From positions 41,578 to 105,577 of the forward strand of contig JAGGAC010000008.1 of NCBI GenBank assembly GCA_017889635.1: a DNA stretch of 64,000 nucleotides. Reading direction: 5' to 3'. The notes under the pieces were generated by a model. It had not been told where the DNA came from, did not search any database, and worked only from the letters and a program-made list of their open reading frames with translations. The translations under genes and the position numbers were made by a program. The DNA is from Bacillota bacterium. Lineage in GTDB: Bacteria > Bacillota > Negativicutes > Sporomusales > CTSoil-080. Of the stretch, positions 9,452-16,768 are shown piece after piece (the stretch's first letter is position 1; the number at the start of each line of letters is the position of its first letter).

Positions 9452-12004
9452 ATGGAATTGAGTATAGACTCGTTTAGAGATGGGTTTGTTACTAAAGTGG
9501 CAGAAATGCATGGTAAACCGTTATCTGAAGCTACGGATGGAGAAATGTATCAGGCGTTAGCAAGCATGATTCGTGATCATATCGGTCAGCAGTGGAGTGG
9601 TGCAAAACGTCGGCAAAAGGAGCAAAAGCAAGTTTATTACTTGTCAATTGAATTTTTGTTGGGGCGGCTGCTTGATATGAATCTTATCAATTTGGGGCTG
9701 CGTGATACTGCTAAAGCAGCACTGGCAGAGGTAGGGGTCAGTCTTGAAAGATTGGAGGATGTGGAAGAGGATCCTGGCTTGGGAAACGGTGGTCTTGGGC
9801 GACTGGCAGCTTGTTATCTCGATTCTATGGCGGCCGAAGGTTTAGCTGGTAATGGGGCTGTTATCCGTTACCGTTACGGTTTTTTCGAGCAGGCTGTTGT
9901 AAATGGGTATCAAACCGAGATTCCAGATGATTGGCTGGCAAATGGATTTGTCTGGGAATTTCGCCGCAGAGATGAGGCGGTGCGGGTACGCTTTGGCGGT
10001 GATGTTCGAACTGAAAGCAATGGAAAATTGCGTTATTATCATGAGAATTATGAGTCGGTGCTGGCTGTTCCATATGATGTTCCGATTGTCGGGTATCAGA
10101 ATGGGACAATTAATACCCTTAGACTTTGGAGCGCAGAGCCTGCGCCACGGGAATATATCTGTGCCGCTGACGGGCAAAATGACTGTCTCAAGGTTATTAA
10201 TGATAAACAATCGGCTGAAACTATCTCTGATGTGCTCTATCCAGATGATTCTTTTTACGAGGGCCGGGTTCTTAGACTTAAACAACAATATTTTCTCGTG
10301 TCCTCAAGTCTGCAGAGCATTATTGGAGGCATAAAGCAGGAACGAAAATCATTGAGGCGGTTAGCTGATTATGTGTCTATTCATATCAATGATACTCACC
10401 CGGCACTAGCTGTTCCAGAATTGATGCGAATTCTGATGGATGAAGAAGATATGGGATGGGACGAAGCTTGGAATATTACCGTTAATACCTTGTCTTATAC
10501 AAATCACACTGTTTTACCGGAAGCATTGGAAAAGTGGTCGGTGGATTTAATGCAGCGTATTTTACCGCGAATATATATCATTATTAATGAGATAAATGAG
10601 CGTTTCTGCCGGGAACTGTGGCAACGCTGGCCAGGTCGGTGGGAACTTATCAGATCTATGGCTGTTATTGCTGATGATAACATTCATATGGCTCATTTGG
10701 CTATTGTTGGTTGCCACAGTGTCAATGGGGTGGCTAAAATTCACACAGATATTTTAAAGACCAGGGTTATGGATAAGTTTTATGATTTTTACCCGCATAA
10801 GTTTAACAATAAGACTAATGGAGTAACTCATAGACGTTGGTTGATGAAGGCCAATCTTGAGTTAGCCGGTCTTATCAATGAAACGATAGGGCGCGATTGG
10901 ATTCATTATCCCTGTGATCTGCTGAGGCTTTTAAAGTATGAAGATGATGCGGCGTTCAGACGGCAACTGAAAACTATTAAGAGGCAACACAAGGAACTTT
11001 TAAGCAGTTATATTAGGGAAGAGTGTGGGATCAAGGTGGATCCAGACTCAATTTTTGATTCGCATATAAAACGTATTCATGGCTATAAGCGTCAGACACT
11101 GAATGTATTTCATATTATGCATTTATATAATTGTCTCAGGGAAAACCCTAATATGGATCTGTTCCCGCGTACCTTTATTTTTGCGGGTAAGGCTGCGCCT
11201 GGCTATGTGCAAGCAAAGCGAACCATTAAACTTATCAATTCGCTGGCTGAGGTTGTAAATAATGATCGGTCTATTCGTGGCAAGATTAAAGTGGTTTTCC
11301 TGGAAAATTACAATGTTTCTCTAGCCGAGTTGATTATTCCGGCGTCTGATGTCAGCGAGCAAATTCCTACTGCGAGCCGTGAAGCCTGTGGTACCGGGAA
11401 CATGAAGTTTATGATGAATGGTGCGGTAACTGTGGGAACTTTGGATGGCGCCAATATTGAGATGTTAAATGCTTTGGGGGAAGAAAATATAATTACTTTT
11501 GGACTAACGGCGGAAGAAGTTCTAAACTTTTACCGGCATGGTGGTTACAATGCCTGGGATGTATATAATAGTGACAAGCGTGTACGCCGGGTGCTTGATC
11601 AATTGATTAATGGTTTTTTCCATGCGGGGGGTGACGAATTCAGACCACTATTTGATGCTTTCTTATATCATAATGATGAATACTTTGTACTAAAAGACTT
11701 TGACGCTTATGTTGATGCGCAGCGCCGAACGGAAGAATGCTACCGGGATGAAGATAAATGGATTGGTATGAGTTTAAGAAATATTGCTCATTCTGGCAAA
11801 TTTGCCAGTGATCGAACCTTTACGGAGTATGCCATGAATATTTGGAAACTGCAGCCGGAAGAAGTCAAATGTTATTGTGTTACGGATGATGCTTTTTCAG
11901 GCATGACCGACGGCTGTCGCACGCCGATGTGGCATACTGATGTTCGAAATTGGCCGAGCAACAATGTGTCTTTAACACCAGAAAATGATTATCGTTTGAA
12001 TTAG
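9452..12004 (+). CDS. glgP: Glycogen/maltodextrin phosphorylase with a ~45-aa C-terminal extension
   Basis: GLGNGGLGRLA, the PLP-site region EACGTGNMKFMMNGA, and TNHT. Confidence 0.92.
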   Translation: MELSIDSFRDGFVTKVAEMHGKPLSEATDGEMYQALASMIRDHIGQQWSGAKRRQKEQKQVYYLSIEFLLGRLLDMNLINLGLRDTAKAALAEVGVSLERLEDVEEDPGLGNGGLGRLAACYLDSMAAEGLAGNGAVIRYRYGFFEQAVVNGYQTEIPDDWLANGFVWEFRRRDEAVRVRFGGDVRTESNGKLRYYHENYESVLAVPYDVPIVGYQNGTINTLRLWSAEPAPREYICAADGQNDCLKVINDKQSAETISDVLYPDDSFYEGRVLRLKQQYFLVSSSLQSIIGGIKQERKSLRRLADYVSIHINDTHPALAVPELMRILMDEEDMGWDEAWNITVNTLSYTNHTVLPEALEKWSVDLMQRILPRIYIIINEINERFCRELWQRWPGRWELIRSMAVIADDNIHMAHLAIVGCHSVNGVAKIHTDILKTRVMDKFYDFYPHKFNNKTNGVTHRRWLMKANLELAGLINETIGRDWIHYPCDLLRLLKYEDDAAFRRQLKTIKRQHKELLSSYIREECGIKVDPDSIFDSHIKRIHGYKRQTLNVFHIMHLYNCLRENPNMDLFPRTFIFAGKAAPGYVQAKRTIKLINSLAEVVNNDRSIRGKIKVVFLENYNVSLAELIIPASDVSEQIPTASREACGTGNMKFMMNGAVTVGTLDGANIEMLNALGEENIITFGLTAEEVLNFYRHGGYNAWDVYNSDKRVRRVLDQLINGFFHAGGDEFRPLFDAFLYHNDEYFVLKDFDAYVDAQRRTEECYRDEDKWIGMSLRNIAHSGKFASDRTFTEYAMNIWKLQPEEVKCYCVTDDAFSGMTDGCRTPMWHTDVRNWPSNNVSLTPENDYRLN

Positions 12005-12030
12005 CGTTTTATTTTACAGGGGGGTAAATA

Positions 12031-12351
12031 ATGCAACATAGTAAAAGAGCAAGCTCAAAATACCGTACTAAAGGTATTGCGGTTAGCCCAGCCGTACCAG
12101 CTAAAGGAGAAACAGCAAAAGTGCTGTATAATGGGTTGTTGGCTGAAAGCGGTGCAGATAAATTGTATGTTCATGTAGGTTTTGGCAATGAATGGGTTGA
12201 TGCAATCGAATATAAAATGGTAAGGACACAAGAGGGATTTGAAACTGAAATTCCGGTTACAACATCAGCTCCGATGAATATGTGTTTCAAAGACCGCGCT
12301 GGTAATTGGGACAACAACTCGGGGCAGAATTATACTTTTGATATTCTCTGA
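12031..12351 (+). CDS. Stand-alone starch/glycogen-binding module protein (CBM25/53-like)
   Basis: Pattern VLYNG...LYVHVGFGNEW...AGNWDNNSGQNYTF. RBS GGGGGG. Confidence 0.6.
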   Translation: MQHSKRASSKYRTKGIAVSPAVPAKGETAKVLYNGLLAESGADKLYVHVGFGNEWVDAIEYKMVRTQEGFETEIPVTTSAPMNMCFKDRAGNWDNNSGQNYTFDIL

Positions 12352-12376
12352 TAAGTAAAGATTTTTTGTATAAAAG

Positions 12377-12424
12377 AAAGACACAAGCTTGCATCAGCAT
12401 CTGATGTTACAAGCTTGTGTCTTT
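12377..12424. terminator. Bidirectional long hairpin terminator
   Basis: AAAGACACAAGCTT ... AAGCTTGTGTCTTT with an inner CATCAG/CTGATG extension. Confidence 0.7.
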
Positions 12425-12450
12425 TAGCTTCGTTGTAGCTTCTGGAAAAA

Positions 12451-12561
12451 TTAATGGGTTTTAGGTGCTCTTTTTATTTTGCTTGTTGTGCGCTTAACTA
12501 ATCCGGACATTCCTCCGGTATGTTGATTGTCTTTGTCGTGTTGTTCTCCAGTATTCTTCAT
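12451..12561 (-). CDS. 36-aa basic hydrophilic protein (minor SASP-like, speculative)
   Basis: ATG 6 nt after GAGGTG. MKNTGEQHDKDNQHTGGMSGLVKRTTSKIKRAPKTH. Ends at the bidirectional terminator. Too short for the ORF track. Confidence 0.4.
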   Translation of the reverse strand: MKNTGEQHDKDNQHTGGMSGLVKRTTSKIKRAPKTH

Positions 12562-12595
12562 AAAATTCACCTCGATTTTTGTTTAGAATTAATTC

Positions 12596-12635
12596 GCATC
12601 AATAGTTTTCCCTGTTTCGGGAAAACTATTGATGC
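12596..12635. promoter_or_regulatory. Perfect 17-bp inverted repeat (operator or 5'-UTR hairpin)
   Basis: GCATCAATAGTTTTCCC tgtttc GGGAAAACTATTGATGC. No U-run on either strand. Confidence 0.4.
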
Positions 12636-12726
12636 GCCAAAAGGCAATAAAAGGTGCTAATGATTAAAAAGTTATACATCAGTAATATGTGTGTAGGGAA
12701 TACTTGTATATAAGGAAGGTGATACA

Positions 12727-13083
12727 ATGCGAATGAGTACAATCCCTATTGACAGGACATTTCTCGATATTCGTACGCCAGAAGTAAACAGCAATTTCGA
12801 ATTCACTGTCGATTGCGGGGCGGTATATTTTGGAGTGGTTTATGACGGTGAGGGAATGCTAAGAAATGTAGATCAGTATTTCTATACTGAAGATTTTTCT
12901 CGTGATGATATGGAAGATGCCCTGGATACTAATGATTTGATGTTTGTCGATACCAATGATTTTCCGTGTAAGGCCTATCTTTTAACTAAAGAAGCGGTTG
13001 AAGGTGACTGGGTACGATTTCATGCTGTAGTACCAAATCAGATCGATCCAGATTATTATTATCAAAAGTATATAGGTGATTAA
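12727..13083 (+). CDS. Acidic hypothetical protein
   Basis: ATG after AAGGAAGGTG. I recognise no family. Confidence 0.6.
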   Translation: MRMSTIPIDRTFLDIRTPEVNSNFEFTVDCGAVYFGVVYDGEGMLRNVDQYFYTEDFSRDDMEDALDTNDLMFVDTNDFPCKAYLLTKEAVEGDWVRFHAVVPNQIDPDYYYQKYIGD

Positions 13084-13091
13084 GCCGACCC

Positions 13092-13213
13092 GGATATAAG
13101 TGAGTCTTATGTTTGGGGGAGATTGCTCCAACCGGAACACTTAGGACGAACTTAGTTTGAGTGTTATAGCCTGCTTTCCGCCCTAAGAAGACGGAGTTTT
13201 ACAGGCTGTTAAC
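13092..13213 (+). repeat. Intergenic box, copy C (GGATATAAGTGAGTCTTATGTTTGGGGGAG ... TTACAGGCTGTTAAC)
   Basis: Shares both the 5' box and the TTACAGGCTGTTAAC segment with copy A. Confidence 0.55.
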
Positions 13214-13218
13214 GAGAT

Positions 13219-13256
13219 AAAAAATGCTTCCAAGCCTTTAGCTTGGAAGCATTTTT
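13219..13256 (+). terminator. Rho-independent terminator
   Basis: AAAAATGCTTCCAAGC ... GCTTGGAAGCATTTTT. Confidence 0.7.
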
Positions 13257-13372
13257 GGTGTTTGTATATGACTTTGACTTGAGTGGCTTAGTAAAGGCAA
13301 AAATACGCTTTAGCGATTAGGGAAAAACAGTAGAGTATTTCGAACAAAAGTTGCGCCCAGGATTAAAAAATT

Positions 13373-13567
13373 TTATTTGGGGTTTAACTTTGTATCTAAA
13401 GCATTGTAAATTTCACAAAACGCCTGTGCTGCATCGGCAGCATGATGTTTTAAGAGGTCTGAGGAAGGTTCGCCGGGTTGCGAAAAGCAAACTTTTCCAT
13501 TATTAATTAATGCGGCGGTTAATGTCGCCGCGATATATAAGAGATTCTCATGGGCTATATTTTGCAT
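13373..13567 (-). CDS. Small hypothetical protein
   Basis: ATG 4 nt after AAAGGAGA. 64 aa. No family recognised. Confidence 0.45.
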   Translation of the reverse strand: MQNIAHENLLYIAATLTAALINNGKVCFSQPGEPSSDLLKHHAADAAQAFCEIYNALDTKLNPK

Positions 13568-13781
13568 AAGTTCTCCTTTTCCCCTAGGCGCAATATTTTC
13601 TTCAATAATATTTATGCATTTCCTGTAAGAAAAAAATAAGTTAATTAATTAACTTACTTAAAGGTGGTAGCTAACAAGAAAATGAATAGGCCTGAACGTC
13701 AAGTTTCTGAACTGTTTTAAATTGCGAGCGTATATAGTAACTTTTAAATTAAAGTAAAAAAAGGAAACGTTTACAATGTAA

Positions 13782-13819
13782 ATGTAAAATGATGGTAAAT
13801 ATGTAAAATAATGGTAAAT
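13782..13819 (+). repeat. Tandem 19-bp direct repeat
   Basis: ATGTAAAATGATGGTAAAT followed by ATGTAAAATAATGGTAAAT (18/19 identical), preceded by a partial ATGTAA. Confidence 0.6.
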
Positions 13820-14078
13820 ATGAATTAGCAAATTAATGCCTGATAAGGAGGACGGTGGAATGAGGAAAAAAATAATGTCGAATCGGTCTGGAGCATAAAT
13901 CCAAAGTTTAAGCCGACTCAAACGAATAGCGGTAAAACCTTCGACATTAAGTATGGCAAAGTGACGATGTTATGTCGTATTTTTACGAAAACTATTTGAG
14001 CATTTTTAGCAGGTATAACAAATATTTACAAGAAGATAAATATTGCAGAAATGAACATTTTATAAGGAGGTGGCATTT

Positions 14079-15218
14079 ATGTATTCAGCAGAAGCCCATG
14101 ATAACAAACTTGTCTATCTGGCACAGGAAGAAACGTACCAGGATTATTTTGAATCAACAAAATCAGGAATAATGTTTCTTGATGCTGCTCTAAGGGTGAA
14201 GAACCTAAACCATGAAGCGGAAGGCATATTTGGCATTGATCGGTCCCAGGTTCTTGGTAAAAGAGCGGACGTCACGTTTCGGCGGTTTGGAGATAAATTT
14301 TTAAAGATTTTCGCCATCTCTGAATACGATGATTTCTACTCAACCAATGTTAAGCTACGGGTGAAAGAGCAGTTTAGCTATATTCATGTTGATAGTCTCA
14401 AATTACGTGATGCTGGTGGCAACGTAAACGGTGTTATTATTATTATGCAGGATGTCTCGGCAGTGCGGGCAACCATAAAACAGATTCAAACAACTCAGAT
14501 GTTGATGTCGTTAGGTGAATTGGCGGCAGGTATTGCCCATCATGTGCGGACTCCGCTTACAACTATCAGCGGATATCTTCAGGTAATGCTCTGCCGGCTT
14601 GAGGATGACAGATATGCAGTGCGCCGTGAAGTGTTAGAAATGTTGCTGGATGAAGTGTCCTATATTAATAATGTTGTGAAGGAGCTTATTCTTTTCGCCA
14701 AGCCACCGATTCACAAGGAGGCTAACGTTAATATAAACCGTTTACTGGAGGATGCGCTTCGTCTAACTTTCAAGGAACTTGGCGGAGAAGGTATTGATAT
14801 TGACAAGCAGCTGTATGAAGATTTACCTGCTATCACCATAGATGCTAACTTAATGAAACAAGCACTTGTAAATATTATGCAAAATGCATTGGAAGCCATG
14901 CCGACATTTGGGGTACTTAGTATTCGTACATGGATTCATGCAGAGTTAAATATGATAGCTATTGCTATTACTGATACTGGTCCGGGTGTTCCACCACAAA
15001 TTTTGCCCAGAGTATTTGAACCATTTTATACTACAAAGTTGGAAAGGATGGGGTTGGGTTTGCCGACAGCGCATCGCATTGTGCATGAGCATAGTGGCTT
15101 TATTAACATTAGTTCTGATGAAAAAAGCGGTACTAAGGTTCATATTTATCTTCCGGTTATTGATGCGCGATTGCGTAATGTTTCGGTAATCCATCAACAG
15201 ATTCTTAATTTGCAGTAA
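14079..15218 (+). CDS. Cytoplasmic PAS sensor histidine kinase with no adjacent response regulator
   Basis: ATG after AAGGAGG. PAS region. H-box ELAAGIAHHVRTPL. N-box QNALEAM. G-boxes DTGPGV and GLGL. Confidence 0.85.
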   Translation: MYSAEAHDNKLVYLAQEETYQDYFESTKSGIMFLDAALRVKNLNHEAEGIFGIDRSQVLGKRADVTFRRFGDKFLKIFAISEYDDFYSTNVKLRVKEQFSYIHVDSLKLRDAGGNVNGVIIIMQDVSAVRATIKQIQTTQMLMSLGELAAGIAHHVRTPLTTISGYLQVMLCRLEDDRYAVRREVLEMLLDEVSYINNVVKELILFAKPPIHKEANVNINRLLEDALRLTFKELGGEGIDIDKQLYEDLPAITIDANLMKQALVNIMQNALEAMPTFGVLSIRTWIHAELNMIAIAITDTGPGVPPQILPRVFEPFYTTKLERMGLGLPTAHRIVHEHSGFINISSDEKSGTKVHIYLPVIDARLRNVSVIHQQILNLQ

Positions 15219-15249
15219 GGAAAATGGTATATCTTCTAGCCGAATAAAT

Positions 15250-15286
15250 AAGTTGCAGCCTCATAAAAGGCTGTAACTTATTTTTT
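15250..15286 (+). terminator. Rho-independent terminator
   Basis: AAGTTGCAGCC ... GGCTGTAACTT followed by TTTTTT. Confidence 0.65.
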
Positions 15287-15356
15287 ATGGAAGGAGTCGG
15301 GAATATTTGTCATGTTCTTCTTCATATAAGTAACTGTTATTAGCCGGGAAGAAGGG

Positions 15357-16451
15357 ATGACGGTGTATTTTATACGTAAAGTATTGATTGTAGCTGTTAT
15401 AGCTGTTATTGGTGTTTTGCTTTTGGGTGAAAGTCGGGCCGGTTTAGCTGCTGGAATTACGGATGGAGCTTCAAGCAATATTTTAATTAATCTTCCAAGT
15501 CTGACACTTGAACTTTATTCTGGCAGTGCGCTGGTAAAAGCGTATTCAATTGCAATTGGTAAGCCTTCTACTCCTACACCTATTGGTGAATTTTTCATTG
15601 TTGACAAAGAAGTAAATCCCAGTTGGTACCCTCCAGGTACTAAGAAAGTAGTTTTGTCTGGACCGGATAATCCTTTGGGGTACAGGTGGCTAGGCTTTTA
15701 CTCCACATACGGTATTCATGGCACAAATGTTCCAGAGTCAATTGGACTAATGGTATCAAATGGATGCATACGGATGCATGAAGAAGATGTAGAAGAGTTG
15801 TTTAACAAGGTTTCATGCGGTACCAAGGTGGCAATTACCTATGATCGGGTGAAAGTTGCAGTTAGCACAAATGGTCAAGTGTCACTGAGGATTTATCCTG
15901 ACGTTTACGGGTATTATAATGTAACCTTGGCCGATGTAAAAAACTGTTTGAGTAGTTTTGGGGCTAATGGTTGGGTGAGTGATGGAGCGCTTAGTCAATT
16001 GCTTGCCGAAGCGTCAGGTCGACCGATTGGCATTGTTGAACTTCAGACTATAAATGTTAACGGAAGAAAACTTGCTGATTATGCTGTAGGTTATGATAAT
16101 AATCTTTATGTGCCGGTGTGGCCAGTAGCTGTAGCTTTAGGGGTTGATATAGTATGGGAGAAAGAAAGTATGCTGGTGCGCAATAAAACAGGTGTGGTTC
16201 CAGGCGTGGTTAAAGCCGACAGAATATATATTAGTGTCGCTGATGTGGCAAAGTTATTTAATTGTCAGACGACTAGGGAGCAAGCAAAAAGTGGCTTATA
16301 TATCGAAACAATGCCGATTTTAAGTGGCTGTCGGAGTCAACTTTTTGACGGTAGTGGGCCTGAAAAACGATTTGCTAAGATGAGTTTCGGATTAAACAGT
16401 TACATTGCTAGTGAAGTTATTAGTATACTTCCGATAGGTAACTATCTGTAA
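15357..16451 (+). CDS. L,D-transpeptidase (YkuD domain) with a C-terminal copper-amine-oxidase-N-like stalk domain
   Basis: Catalytic motif HGT...SNGCIRM. C-terminal pattern INVNGRKL..YVPVWPVAVALGVDIVW. Confidence 0.85.
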   Translation: MTVYFIRKVLIVAVIAVIGVLLLGESRAGLAAGITDGASSNILINLPSLTLELYSGSALVKAYSIAIGKPSTPTPIGEFFIVDKEVNPSWYPPGTKKVVLSGPDNPLGYRWLGFYSTYGIHGTNVPESIGLMVSNGCIRMHEEDVEELFNKVSCGTKVAITYDRVKVAVSTNGQVSLRIYPDVYGYYNVTLADVKNCLSSFGANGWVSDGALSQLLAEASGRPIGIVELQTINVNGRKLADYAVGYDNNLYVPVWPVAVALGVDIVWEKESMLVRNKTGVVPGVVKADRIYISVADVAKLFNCQTTREQAKSGLYIETMPILSGCRSQLFDGSGPEKRFAKMSFGLNSYIASEVISILPIGNYL

Positions 16452-16567
16452 TATTACGTTATGCTACTTGTTAGAATGGCTTAGGGCATTATTTTAACTG
16501 GTGAATAGGATAAATTGTGTTATAATAAGCGAAATATAGTGGTCCAAACAGTTTTTAAAAAGGGAAA

Positions 16568-16607
16568 GTATAACAGGCTGGCATTGCCAGCCTGTTATAC
16601 TTTAATT
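16568..16607 (+). terminator. Hairpin, probable terminator
   Basis: GTATAACAGGCTGG / CCAGCCTGTTATAC perfect stem, with only a weak T-tract after it. Confidence 0.5.
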
Positions 16608-16768
16608 AGTTATCCTGCAATAGTAATTTTTTTTTTGAGTATAAGGCGGAATGATTAAAGGGTAATACATAACATTTCCAGATTTAAAAAAACTAAAAGG
16701 GGATTTTGTTGCAACTAGCCAATATAAACATGTTAAGATAAAAAATATTTCCATAAGGTGGTGGGCTA

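Noticed and set aside
9842-10334. Antisense and alternative-frame ORFs inside glgP. There are similar shadows inside polA, spoVAD (40340..40792), aroA, hbd, crt, PBP2 and the SBP gene.
   Set aside because: They lie entirely within strongly supported genes, have no RBS, and their translations are compositionally odd. These are typical shadow ORFs.
13658-13921. An 87-aa minus-strand ORF in the AT-rich spacer.
   Set aside because: It has a low-complexity Phe/Ile/Tyr-rich translation typical of AT-rich non-coding DNA, no RBS, and it overlaps the tandem repeat and the mini-ORF region.
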